Source: an uncultured Acidobacteriota bacterium
GTDB lineage: Bacteria; Acidobacteriota; Vicinamibacteria; Vicinamibacterales; 2-12-FULL-66-21
Direction of reading: 5' to 3'
DNA length: 64,000 bases
NCBI GenBank assembly: GCA_963774855.1
Contig: CAVZGT010000011.1
Coordinates: 34,042 to 98,041 of the forward strand
Made by a program: the position numbers and the translations under genes. Below are positions 45,036-54,720 of the stretch, piece after piece. Within the stretch, counting starts at the first letter, position 1, and each line of letters begins with the position of its first letter. The notes beneath the pieces were generated by a model, which saw only the letters and a list, made by a program, of their open reading frames with translations, made no database searches and had not been told where the DNA came from.

Positions 45036-48000
45036 ATGGCAGACGAGGAGCGCGCCGTGCCGCACGTGCAGACCCGCCACATCCTTGCGACCTTCATCGC
45101 CCTCACGATCATGGCGGCCGGCTGGGGGTCACTCGGATTGCTCAGGAGCGCCGCGCAGACGCCGGCCGGCAAAGGCTTGACGATCAGGCAGGACGAACGG
45201 GCGGGCACCATCTCCGTCTTTCGAGCCGGCCAGGCCGCGCCGATTCTCACGCAGAACGCCAAGGCGGACGCCCGGCCCTACCTGCATCCAATCGCCGCTC
45301 CCGACGGCAAGGGCGTGCTCACCGAGTTCAGCCCGGATCATCACAAACACCAGACCGGCCTCTACTGGGGCTTCACGCGCGTCAACGGGCGCGACTATTT
45401 TCACAATCCGGACGGGAAGTATTGGCGGCGCGTGTCGGCGACGGTCACGCAAGGAGACAGCAAGGCCGGACGCCAGGACGTCCGATGGCAGACGGTCTAC
45501 GACCTGCTGGACGAGGCGGGCACGGCCGTCCTGACCGAGACCGCGCGCTGGTCGATGCGCGAACGGAACGGCGCCTTCGTGCTCGATCTCGAATGGCGAG
45601 GGGACGCCAGGACGGACGTCACGATCGGCAAGTACGACTACGGCGGGCTGTTCCTCCGCATGCCGTGGCGCCAGGGCATCACCGGCGAGGTCGTCAACGC
45701 CGCGCGGCAGCGCAACGAACGCGCCGAAGGTCAACGCGCCATGTGGATCGACGTCGGGATGCAGGTCGAGGGGCGCACCGACCTGGCGCACGTCGCGATC
45801 TTCGATCACCCGACCAACGTCGGGTATCCGCAGGCCTGGCGGGTGGACGGACAACTCGGCGTCGGCTCCGCGAGATCGCGCGATGCCGACTGGGCCATCG
45901 GCAAAGGGCGATCCGAAGTCGTCCGCCACCAATTCCTGATCTACACGGGAGCGCTCAACGACGTCGAGATGACCAACGCGTGGAGCGAGTTCAGCGGCAA
46001 CACGTCGACGTCCGTGCTGTGGTCGATTGCACAAAAGGAAGGACGCGACGCGAAATTCCTGACGCCCCAGGAGGCGGTCGCGCAGATGACGCTGAAGGAT
46101 GGATACGCCGTCAACGCCTGGGCCGCCGAGCCGCTGGTGCAGCAGCCCATGGCCTTCTGCTGGGACGATCGCGGACGGCTCTGGGTGGCCGAGAACCTCG
46201 ACTACGAATCGCGCAACGGCGGGTTCTCGAATGCCGGGAACAGCCGCATCCTGATCCTGGAAGACACGGATCGCGACGGCGTGGCCGACAGCCGCAAGGT
46301 GTTCATGGAGGGAATCGTGTTTCCCTCCGCTATCGCGGTCGGCTTCGACGGCGCCTTCATCGGCGCGCCGCCCAACCTCTTGTTCGTGCCGGATCGCGAC
46401 GGCGACGACAAGGCCGACATGGCCGATATCGAAGTGCGCCTGACGGGATGGGGCATCCGCGACCGGCACGAGGTCATCAACAGCCTGCACTGGGGCCCCG
46501 ATGGATGGCTGTACGGACTCCAGGGCTATGCGACGCCTTCGAAAGTGAGAAAGCCGTCGGGTAAGGGCCGGCTCTACAAACACAAAGAGCCGTTCCCCGA
46601 AGACATCCTGAAAGGGGAGGGCGTCGACATCAACGGCGGGGTCTTCCGCTACCATCCGACCAAGGACGTGTTCGAGGTCGTCGCCCACGGCTTCAGCAAC
46701 CCGTGGGGCATCGACTACGACGCCAAAGGCCAGCTCCTCATCAGCGCCTGCGTGATCCCGCATCTCTTTCACGTGATCCCCGGCGGCATCTACCATCGCC
46801 AGGGCGGCCAGCATTTCAACCCGTACGTCTACAGCGACATCCAGACCATCGCCGATCACCGGCACCGGTCGGCCCACGGCGGCGCTCGCGTGTACCAGTC
46901 CGACGCCTTCCCGCAGTCACAGCAAGGCCGGATCTTCATGGCGAACATTCACGAGCACGCGGTGCTCTCGGATGTGCTCGTGCCCAAGGGGTCCGGCTTC
47001 ACGGCGCACCACGGCGACGACTTCCTCATGGCGAACAACGCGCAGTGGATCGGCTTCAGCATGGAGATCGGCCCGGAAGGCGCGTTGTACGTGCTGGACT
47101 GGCACGACAGCGACATCTGCGGGCAGGACGTGCTGCACCAGCAGACGGGACGGATCTTCCGGATCGTGCCGAAGCAGTCGCTCGCCGGGCAGTGGGAGGG
47201 CCGCTACGCCGATCTGGGCAGGATGACCGACGCGCAGCTCGTGGGGCTGCAGACGAGCAAAAGCGACTGGCACGCCCGGCGGGCCCGCGTGATTCTGCAG
47301 GGCCGCGCGGCGAAACGCACCTTGAAGGCGGAGACGCACGAGCAGCTGCGGGGCCTGTTCCGTTCCGATGCGAGCCCGGACGTGCGCCTGCGTGCGATGT
47401 GGGCGCTGCACGTGACAGGCGGCTGGACGCCCGACGCGCTGGTGCAGGCGCTCGGGGACGCGGACCAGCATATCCGCGCCTGGGCGGTCCAGCTCCTCTG
47501 CGAAGATCGATCGCCGTCCCCGATCGCTCTCGAGAAGTTCACCCGGATGGCGCGCGAAGACCGCTCGCCGGTCGTGCGCCTGTACCTGACGTCGGCGCTG
47601 CAGCGCATGGATCACGCGGCGCGCTGGACGCTCGCCGGGGAACTGATGATGCACGGCGAAGATGCCGCCGATCACAACCTGCCCAAGATGCTCTGGCTCG
47701 CCGTGGAGCCGCTGGTCAAGGAGAACCCGGCGATCGCTCTCGAACGGGCGGGCGCAAGCCGCGTGCCGATGGTGTCGCGGTTCATCGCGCGTCGAGCCGT
47801 CGATGCCGATGCGCTCGAGCCGCTGGTCGCCGCGATTGGCAAGATGCCGCCGGCGCGGAGCAGCCTGCTCGAAGGGATGCGGGAAGGGCTCCAGGGACGG
47901 TTCGACCTGACCGCGCCTCCGAACTGGCCTCCGGTGCTCGAGCGGCTGAAACGATCGGACGCTGCCGTCGCGCGGCTGGCGCTGGACGTGGCGCAGCAGT

Positions 48001-48905
48001 TCGGCGATGTCGAGACCGCGAAACAGAACCTGGCCGACGTACGGAGCACGACAGCGCCTGTCGAGCAGCGTCGCAGGGCGCTGCAGACGCTCACGGCCCA
48101 GCGGCGCCCGCAGCTCCTCCCGGAGATTCCCTCGGCGCTGGACGATCCGCGGCTTCGCATCGACGCCATCCGGGCCGTCGCGGCGTTCGACGACGAGGCG
48201 TTGGGCCGGCTGCTCGTCGAGCGATACGCCACATTCAGCAGCGCGGAGAAGGCCGAGGCCGTCCAGACGCTCGCGTCGCGCCGGAGGTACGGGCGCATGC
48301 TCACTGAAGCGGTGGCGAAAAAGGTCGTCCCGAGGAGCGATGTCCCCGCGTATGTCGCCCGGCAGCTCCTCCGCGTGGTCGGCGCGGGGTTCACCGACGT
48401 CTGGGGACCCGTCGAGCAGAGCGCGAGCGAGGAACAGTCCCACGCCAAGTACCGGGCGCTTCTCACCGACACCGCGATTGCCGGCGGGGATGTTCGCAGC
48501 GGACGCGGCGTCTTTCAGCGCACGTGCGGGGCGTGCCACAAGCTCTACGGAGAGGGCGGCACGGTCGGCCCGGACATCACAGGCTCGAACCGGGCCAACC
48601 TGGACTACCTCCTCTTCAACGTGCTGACGCCAAACGCCGAGGTCCAGGACGCCTACCGGATGGTCCTCGTCAACACGCGTGACGGCCGCACGCTTGCCGG
48701 GAACGTCGTCGCCGAGACCGACAGGCAGATCACGCTCCGCGTGGTCGGGCAGGACGCCGTGGTCATCAACAAGCCGGACATCCAGTCGCGCGAAACGACG
48801 GTGGTCTCGATGATGCCCCCGGGTCTGTTCGACTCGCTGCCGGAGCGCGAGGTGATCGATCTGGTGGCCTACCTCAGGACCGCCGCCCCGGTGAAAGCGC
48901 CATAA
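45036..48905 (+). CDS. PVC-type heme-binding protein: DUF6807/PmoA-like N-terminus + membrane-bound dehydrogenase-like beta-propeller + HEAT repeats + C-terminal cytochrome c
   Basis: Intact 1289-aa ORF. The N-terminus RPYLHPIAAPDGKGVLTEFSPDHHKHQTGLYWGFTRVNGRDYFHN is DUF6807-like. The C-terminus carries CGACHKLYGEGGTVGPDITGSNR (CxxCH). Confidence 0.8.
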   Translation: MADEERAVPHVQTRHILATFIALTIMAAGWGSLGLLRSAAQTPAGKGLTIRQDERAGTISVFRAGQAAPILTQNAKADARPYLHPIAAPDGKGVLTEFSPDHHKHQTGLYWGFTRVNGRDYFHNPDGKYWRRVSATVTQGDSKAGRQDVRWQTVYDLLDEAGTAVLTETARWSMRERNGAFVLDLEWRGDARTDVTIGKYDYGGLFLRMPWRQGITGEVVNAARQRNERAEGQRAMWIDVGMQVEGRTDLAHVAIFDHPTNVGYPQAWRVDGQLGVGSARSRDADWAIGKGRSEVVRHQFLIYTGALNDVEMTNAWSEFSGNTSTSVLWSIAQKEGRDAKFLTPQEAVAQMTLKDGYAVNAWAAEPLVQQPMAFCWDDRGRLWVAENLDYESRNGGFSNAGNSRILILEDTDRDGVADSRKVFMEGIVFPSAIAVGFDGAFIGAPPNLLFVPDRDGDDKADMADIEVRLTGWGIRDRHEVINSLHWGPDGWLYGLQGYATPSKVRKPSGKGRLYKHKEPFPEDILKGEGVDINGGVFRYHPTKDVFEVVAHGFSNPWGIDYDAKGQLLISACVIPHLFHVIPGGIYHRQGGQHFNPYVYSDIQTIADHRHRSAHGGARVYQSDAFPQSQQGRIFMANIHEHAVLSDVLVPKGSGFTAHHGDDFLMANNAQWIGFSMEIGPEGALYVLDWHDSDICGQDVLHQQTGRIFRIVPKQSLAGQWEGRYADLGRMTDAQLVGLQTSKSDWHARRARVILQGRAAKRTLKAETHEQLRGLFRSDASPDVRLRAMWALHVTGGWTPDALVQALGDADQHIRAWAVQLLCEDRSPSPIALEKFTRMAREDRSPVVRLYLTSALQRMDHAARWTLAGELMMHGEDAADHNLPKMLWLAVEPLVKENPAIALERAGASRVPMVSRFIARRAVDADALEPLVAAIGKMPPARSSLLEGMREGLQGRFDLTAPPNWPPVLERLKRSDAAVARLALDVAQQFGDVETAKQNLADVRSTTAPVEQRRRALQTLTAQRRPQLLPEIPSALDDPRLRIDAIRAVAAFDDEALGRLLVERYATFSSAEKAEAVQTLASRRRYGRMLTEAVAKKVVPRSDVPAYVARQLLRVVGAGFTDVWGPVEQSASEEQSHAKYRALLTDTAIAGGDVRSGRGVFQRTCGACHKLYGEGGTVGPDITGSNRANLDYLLFNVLTPNAEVQDAYRMVLVNTRDGRTLAGNVVAETDRQITLRVVGQDAVVINKPDIQSRETTVVSMMPPGLFDSLPEREVIDLVAYLRTAAPVKAP

Positions 48906-48913
48906 GAAGAATT

Positions 48914-48941
48914 CAGGAGGCAGGAGACAGGAGACAGGAGG
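48914..48941. repeat. CAGGAGR heptamer array (4 units)
   Basis: caggagg caggaga caggaga caggagg, directly after the stop at 48905. It shares agaattcaggag with the 22.8-kb hairpin. Confidence 0.8.
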
Positions 48942-48984
48942 CCTCTCCCACAAGGACTCCCCAAGAACGCCGCAACGCGATAGG

Positions 48985-50067
48985 ATGCGCGTGATGACCC
49001 ACAGACGTTCGCCGCAAACCATCGACCGCCGAAGCTTTCTGAAGACCGTCGGCTCCGCGGCGGTCGTGCTCGGCGCCCCTGTCGCGCACGCCCAGACCGC
49101 GGCGCCCGTGCGCTTCGGCGTCGACATGTACAGCCTGGGAGCGCAGAACTGGACGCCGTTCCAGCAGCTCGACTTCGCGGCGAAGTGGAAGGCCAAGGTC
49201 GTCCACTTCAGCGAGATTCGCTTCCTCGGCACGCTCGAGCCCGACAACCTCCGCCGCGTGCGGGCGCGCGCCGACGAGCTCCAGCTGGATCTCGAGATCG
49301 GCATGCGCTCCATCTGCCCGACGTCCGCCACGTTCGACAAGGCGCAGGGCACGGCCGAAGAGCAGCTCGCGAAAATGATCGACGCGGCGAAGATCGTCCG
49401 GTCGCCGATCGTCCGGGCCGTGCTGGGAAGCTCGGCCGACCGCAAGGGCGGCATCGACCGTCACATCGACGAAACCGTCAAGGTGCTGAAGAACACGCGG
49501 TCGCGCGCGAGCGACGCCGGGATCAAGATCGCCATCGAGAACCATGCCGGCGACATGCAGGCCCGGGAGCTCAAGCGTCTCATCGAAGACGCCGGCTCCG
49601 ACTTCGTCGGCGTCTGCCTCGATTCGGGCAACCCGGTGTGGACCATCGAGGATCCGCACCTGACGCTCGAGACGCTCGCGCCCTACGTGCTGACGAGCCA
49701 CATGCGGGACAGCGCGCTGTGGAACACGCCCGAGGGAGCCGCAGTGCGGTGGACGCGCATGGGCGAGGGCAACATCGGCATGGAGCGCTACATCCGCACC
49801 TACATCGAGAAGTGTCCGGGCCGTGCGGTGTCGCTCGAGGTCATCGTCACTCCGCAGCCGCGGATGTTCAACTACCGCAGTCCCGAGTTCTGGGAGCTCT
49901 ACCGCAGCACCCCGGCCTGGGAGTTCGCGCGGTTTCTCGCGCTCTGCGACAAAGGCAAGCCCACGCTCGAGCCACCCGCGGACCCGGCGGTCACCCCGGC
50001 GGCGCGGCAGCTCGCCAACGTCGAGGCGAGCATCCGTTGGACGCAGGAGTTCCTGGCCAGGATGTGA
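48985..50067 (+). CDS. Sugar phosphate isomerase/epimerase (xylose-isomerase-like TIM barrel) with Tat-type signal
   Basis: HRRSPQTIDRRSFLKTVGSAAVVLGAPVAHAQ is a twin-arginine leader. A TIM-barrel-like body follows. An alternative ATG is at 48994. Confidence 0.75.
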   Translation: MRVMTHRRSPQTIDRRSFLKTVGSAAVVLGAPVAHAQTAAPVRFGVDMYSLGAQNWTPFQQLDFAAKWKAKVVHFSEIRFLGTLEPDNLRRVRARADELQLDLEIGMRSICPTSATFDKAQGTAEEQLAKMIDAAKIVRSPIVRAVLGSSADRKGGIDRHIDETVKVLKNTRSRASDAGIKIAIENHAGDMQARELKRLIEDAGSDFVGVCLDSGNPVWTIEDPHLTLETLAPYVLTSHMRDSALWNTPEGAAVRWTRMGEGNIGMERYIRTYIEKCPGRAVSLEVIVTPQPRMFNYRSPEFWELYRSTPAWEFARFLALCDKGKPTLEPPADPAVTPAARQLANVEASIRWTQEFLARM

Positions 50068-50154
50068 CGGGTGACTGCCGAGCCACGCATGGGAGGCACC
50101 GATATGGACTCGTCTTTCCTCGCCTTCGCCGGCCGCTCCCCGATCTTGCGGAGA

Positions 50155-51301
50155 ATGCCCTTCGCCATGTTGATAATGTCCTGCGCGATGCTGGTCACGC
50201 CTCCCACGGCACACGCACAGGCTCGTTACACGGCGAAGCAGATTGGGGACGTCGTGCAGCTCCGCGACGGCCGGACCGACACCACGGTTTCCGTCGTCAC
50301 GACGATGGGCAACGCGTACGAGATGGTGGTGAAGGGCCAGAACGTGATTCGCATGCCCTTCGCGACACTGGACGAGTTCCGCGCGCGCCCCGGGCTGAAC
50401 GGTATTCCGCTGATGGCGCCATTTGCCAACCGGCTCGACGAGATGGCGTTCTACGCCAACGGCGTGAAGTACAACTTCGACACGGAGCTCGGGAACGTCC
50501 GCGGCCCGATCCCGATTCACGGCTACCTGAGCGATGCGAAGGACATGGAAGCTCGTCGAGGCCAAGGCTGACGCCGACGCCGCCTGGGTGACCTGCACGC
50601 TCGACTTCTACCGCAATCCGCAGTGGATGAAGCAGTTTCCCTTCGCCCACACGATTCAGATCACGTATCGCTTACAGGACGGCGCGCTCGAGGTCAGGAC
50701 CCGCGTCGACAACTTGAGCACCGCGCCCATGCCGCTCGCCATCGGGTTCCACCCGTACTTTCAGCTCACCGATTCGATTCGTGAGGAGTGGAAGCTGTCG
50801 GTCGGTGCGAAGACCCACTGGCAGCTCGCGCCGAACAAGATCCCGACCGGCGAGACCGAGCCGATCCAGAAGGTCTTTCCCGATCCGCACGCGGTGGCGC
50901 TCAAGGACTTCGATCTCGATCACGTGTTCGGGGACCTCGAGCGCGATGCGCAGGGGCGCGCGGTCGTGAGCGTCACGGGAAAAACGCAGCAGTTCGATGT
51001 GCTGCTCGGGCCGAACTATCGCGCCATCGTGCTGTATTCGCCCAACCCGGCCAACGCGCGCGGCGGTGGCCGAGGGCCGGGCCGCGGCCAGGCGTCACCG
51101 GCCGCACCCGCCAGTTCGGGCGTGCCGCTCACGGGCGCACCGAATACGGTGCCCAACCGCGGCTTCATCGCGATCGAGCCCATGGTGGGGATCACCAACT
51201 CGATGAACCTCGCGCACAAGGGCCTGTACAAGGAACTTCAGAGCGTGCCTCCCGGCGGCACCTGGCAGGAAAGTTTCTGGCTAAGGCCGAGCCGGTTCTA
51301 G
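50155..51301 (+). pseudogene. Aldose 1-epimerase-like (galactose mutarotase fold); one frame break
   Basis: ORF 50071..50571 reads ...GIPLMAPFANRLDEMAFYANGVKYNFD...PIHGYLSDAKD. ORF 50534..51301 continues WKLVEAKADADAAWVTCTLDF...IGFHPYFQL. The break is near 50545. The start is uncertain (ATG 50155 or 50104). Confidence 0.7.
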
Positions 51302-51314
51302 ATCCGCGCGTCGG

Positions 51315-51987
51315 TCATTCGTTTGCCTCGGCTGCCTCGGCGCGCGCGTCGGCCAGAAAACCGGTAATCTTTTTCACATATTGCCGTGTTTCCTTGAACG
51401 GTGGAATCGCCTTGTACCGGGCGACGGTGGTCGGGCCGGCATTATAGCTGGCGAGCGAGAGCGGAATATTGCCCCGGTGCCGATCGAGCAGCCGCCTCAA
51501 GTACCGGGCGCCGCCCATGATGTTCTGGCGGGGATCGAACGGGTCCTCGACGCCCATCTCTTCGGCCAGAGCGGGCATGAGCTGCATGAGGCCCTGTGCG
51601 CCGGCGCGCGAGACGACGAGCGGATTGAAGGCGGACTCGGCTCGCATCACCGCCCGAATCAGCTCGGGGTCGAGGTCTGTACGCTTCAGCCGCTTCCGCA
51701 ATGAGATCGTCGTAGGCACGGTCGGCGCTGACCGCCCGAAACGCATCCATCGAGACCGAGATCTTCGGCTTCACCGGCGCCGTCTGCGTCCTGACACTGT
51801 GGCTGGTCGCCAGCGCCGCTGCCGCGAGCATCAGCGTGCGAAGCCCGGCTCGGCGCCGTTCTCCGCGGCGCCGGCCGGGTTTCGCCCGCCATCCGAGGCG
51901 CCTGTCCCTTTCGCGGCGTTCGCCGCCGAGTCGCACTCCGTACCCGGTATCGCTCTGCTGCTCGCCAAACTCGAGCTCGTCCGGCAT
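51315..51987 (-). pseudogene. Lytic transglycosylase (SLT domain); one frame break
   Basis: The C-terminal frame reads DLDPELIRAVMRAESAFNPLVVSRAGAQGLMQLMP...SYNAGP. The N-terminal frame reads ...AYDDLIAEAAEAY. The break is near 51678. The start codon is uncertain. Confidence 0.7.
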
Positions 51988-52204
51988 GACACCTCCTGCC
52001 GCGAGCGGTGCAAGATACGGTGCCTCAACGGGGACCCGACTCAACCGGAGTATTCTCTTGCGCATGCGGAAGGTGTCTTTTCGTGCTGTCCACGGTACGG
52101 TCATCGCGATTGGTCTGCCGCTGCTCGACGGCAGGAGACCGGGCCGCGTGGCGCAGACGTTGCGTAAGGTGCCGACGCAGTGACATGGACCGCCGGGTAG
52201 GGCG

Positions 52205-53113
52205 ATGGCATCGAGCGCGACGCGCATCGCCGTCCTCATCAACGAGCACTCAGGATTGAATCCGCGGCCGGATGCCGGCGAGAAGATTCAGGCGCTCTTT
52301 GCCGCCGCGGGCGCAGCCGTCCGGCTCGAGCGCGTCCGGCACGGCGGCGATCTCGCCGCGCGCGCGCGCCAGGCCGCCGGCCGCTCGGACGTGCTCGTGG
52401 CGGCGGGCGGGGACGGAACCGTCGGGAGCGTCGCGAGTATCGCGGTCGAGACGAACGCGACGTTCGGGGTGCTTCCACTGGGCACGCTGAATCACTTCGC
52501 CAGGGACGCCGGCATTCCGCTGGAGCTCCCGGAGGCGGTCCAGACGATCGTCCACGGACGCGTGCGCGACGTCGATGTCGGCGATCTGAACGGCCGCATC
52601 TTCGTCAACAACTCGAGCCTCGGCATCTACCCCCGCATGGTCTGGGAGCGGAACGTCGAGCAGCATCACGGGCGCGGCAAGTGGACGGCGTTCGTCATCG
52701 CGATGGCGCGCACGTGGCGCCGCTATCGCATGCTCGTCGCCCGTATGTCGATCGACCAGCGGGTCCACGTCGTCCGCACGCCCTTCATCTTCGTCGGGAA
52801 CAACGAGTACCTGGCCGAGGGGTTCGAGCTTGGCGCGCGCGGGGCGCTCGACCGCGGCCGGCTGTCGATCTTCGTCGCGCCCGAGTGCGGCCGCTTCGAG
52901 ATCCTGACGCTGCCGCTGCGGGCCAAGGCCAACCGCCTCACCGCGGATGCCCGGTTCCAGCGCTTTCTGGCAGAGGAAGCCACGATCGAGCTGTCGCGCC
53001 ATCACGTGAGCGCCGCGCTCGACGGGGAAGTCGCGATCGTGCGGACGCCGCTGCATTTTCGCGTCCGCCGGGCGGCCCTTCACCTCCTCGTGCCCGGCCC
53101 CTCACCGTCCTGA
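52205..53113 (+). CDS. Diacylglycerol/lipid kinase family protein (YegS/BmrU-like)
   Basis: VLVAAGGDGTVGSVAS...FGVLPLGTLNHFARDAGIP. Confidence 0.85.
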   Translation: MASSATRIAVLINEHSGLNPRPDAGEKIQALFAAAGAAVRLERVRHGGDLAARARQAAGRSDVLVAAGGDGTVGSVASIAVETNATFGVLPLGTLNHFARDAGIPLELPEAVQTIVHGRVRDVDVGDLNGRIFVNNSSLGIYPRMVWERNVEQHHGRGKWTAFVIAMARTWRRYRMLVARMSIDQRVHVVRTPFIFVGNNEYLAEGFELGARGALDRGRLSIFVAPECGRFEILTLPLRAKANRLTADARFQRFLAEEATIELSRHHVSAALDGEVAIVRTPLHFRVRRAALHLLVPGPSPS

Positions 53114-53124
53114 AGGCTCCGGGC

Positions 53125-53931
53125 ATGCGCACCATCGTGCACATCTCGGATGTTCATTTCGGACGGATCGATCCTGCCCTCGTCGACCGGCTGTCGGCCG
53201 CGATCGCACGGATATCGCCCGATCTCCTGGCCGTGTCGGGGGACCTCACGCAGCGGGCGAAGCGATCGGAATTCACCGCCGCGCGGACGTTCCTGGACGC
53301 GCTGCCGTTTCCGCGGCTGGTCGTGCCCGGCAATCACGACGTGCCGCTCTACAACCTGTTCACGCGTTTCATCACCCCGCTGGCGCGGTATTCGCGCGCC
53401 ATCACGCCCGATCTCTCTCCGGTGTTCCGGGACGACGAGCTCATCGTGGTCGGCGTCAACACCGCGCGTTCGTTCACGGTGGGGGAGGGCCAAATCAACG
53501 AGAAACAGGTCGACGAGATCGTGAAGCATCTCTCGGGTGCCCCGCCCGGCCTCATCCGCATCGTCGTAACGCACCACCCGTTCGATCTTCCCGACGGGGT
53601 CGGCGAGGAGCGGCTGCTGGGGCGCGCCGCTTTGGCCATGGCGAAGCTCTCGGCGGCCGGCGCCGATCTGTTCCTTGCCGGTCACCTCCACATCAGCCAC
53701 ATCGGCCACACGGCGGAGCGTTACAAGATTGCGGGACATTCGGCCCTGGTGGTTCAGGCGGGAACGGTGTCGACACGCTCGCGCGGCGAGCAGCCGTCGT
53801 TCAACGTGTTGCGTCTCCACCGGCCGGAGATTTCGGTCGAGCGGCTCGTGTGGGACCCTGAACGTACGGTCTTTGTCGAAGCGGCCGCCAGCGTCTATCG
53901 ACACGCGGCCAACGGATGGACGAAAGCGTAG
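53125..53931 (+). CDS. Metallophosphoesterase
   Basis: ATG 53125 gives the motifs HISDVHFG, SGDLTQ and VPGNHDVP. Confidence 0.85.
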   Translation: MRTIVHISDVHFGRIDPALVDRLSAAIARISPDLLAVSGDLTQRAKRSEFTAARTFLDALPFPRLVVPGNHDVPLYNLFTRFITPLARYSRAITPDLSPVFRDDELIVVGVNTARSFTVGEGQINEKQVDEIVKHLSGAPPGLIRIVVTHHPFDLPDGVGEERLLGRAALAMAKLSAAGADLFLAGHLHISHIGHTAERYKIAGHSALVVQAGTVSTRSRGEQPSFNVLRLHRPEISVERLVWDPERTVFVEAAASVYRHAANGWTKA

Positions 53932-53948
53932 ATTCGGCTGCCGCTGGC

Positions 53949-53972
53949 AGCTTCCAGCTTCCCGCTTCCAGC
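53949..53972. repeat. AGCTTCC heptamer array (3 units)
   Basis: agcttcc agcttcc cgcttcc agc, directly after the stop at 53931. Confidence 0.75.
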
Positions 53973-53983
53973 AAAAAAGAAAA

Positions 53984-54006
53984 GAGCCGGGGATTCAAGC
54001 CGGCTC
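53984..54006. terminator. Hairpin terminator candidate between convergent genes
   Basis: gagccgg (53984-90), loop ggattcaag, ccggctc (54000-06), preceded by an A-run. Confidence 0.5.
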
Positions 54007-54069
54007 CGTGGGAGGAAGTCTATGCCAGCCCTGAAGTAGAGGACTGCGCGATCTGAGAGGCGAACAGCG

Positions 54070-54720
54070 TCAGTGCACTCGCGCGTTCGGCGGGAGCTTC
54101 AGCCGCCAGTCGTCGGCGAGGATTGTCCACAGCACCTGGTCGAGATACTCGCCGTTGCGCAGGAATGACTTGCGCAGGATGCACTCGCGGTTCGCGCCGA
54201 TCTTCTTCAGCGCGCCGTTGCCGCGGCCGTTCAACACCGCGGCGCGCGCCTCGAGACGATGCACGCCGACCTGGTCGAAGGCGAAGTCGGCGACCAGCTT
54301 GGCCCCGGCCGCGAAAAGGCCCGTGCCCCAGAAGGACGATCCGAGCGCGAAGCCCCACTCGGCGGTGGCGAAGCCCGGCTCGAGTTGCCGCAGCTGGAAA
54401 ATCCCGATCGCGCCGTCCGCTTCGTCCGGCACGATGCCGAAGCAGACGTAGTTGCCGGCGGCGCGCTCACGCTGCGTCCAGAGAATGAAGCGCTCGAAGC
54501 CGTCCACCGTCGTCGGCGGCGGCGAGATGAAGCGCGAGACCTCCTCCGTCGTCAGCAGCGCCAGCAGCGACGGCGCGTCCGAGAGCCGAAGCTCACGAAG
54601 CGTGAAGCCGGCTCCCGTCAGCACCGGGAGTGTCTGACGCCAGTCGATGGCCGGCGCGCCGGCAACCGCGGCAAGGGGCGTATCCGTCGTGGCCGTCGAG
54701 TGACGAGGATTCTGTTGCAT
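54070..54720 (-). CDS. GNAT N-acetyltransferase (RimJ/RimL-like)
   Basis: The ATG at 54720 overlaps the upstream stop (TAATG). Sequence: FTLRELRLSDAPSLLALLTTEEVSRFI...VHRLEARAAVLNGRGNGALKKIGA. Confidence 0.8.
   Translation of the reverse strand: MQQNPRHSTATTDTPLAAVAGAPAIDWRQTLPVLTGAGFTLRELRLSDAPSLLALLTTEEVSRFISPPPTTVDGFERFILWTQRERAAGNYVCFGIVPDEADGAIGIFQLRQLEPGFATAEWGFALGSSFWGTGLFAAGAKLVADFAFDQVGVHRLEARAAVLNGRGNGALKKIGANRECILRKSFLRNGEYLDQVLWTILADDWRLKLPPNARVH

Noticed and set aside
45029-45037. GGTTCGAAT, a T-loop-like 9-mer, considered as a tRNA-fragment att site marking the island's right end.
   Set aside because: Only 9 nt match the tRNA-Pro T-arm, there is no flanking similarity, and it overlaps the start codon of the 45036 gene.
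43249-50598. ORFs 43249..44466(-), 45129..46877(-), 46917..49454(-) and 48913..50598(-).
   Set aside because: They are antisense to intact genes with strong domain signatures (MBL hydrolase, PVC heme-binding protein, TIM-barrel protein).
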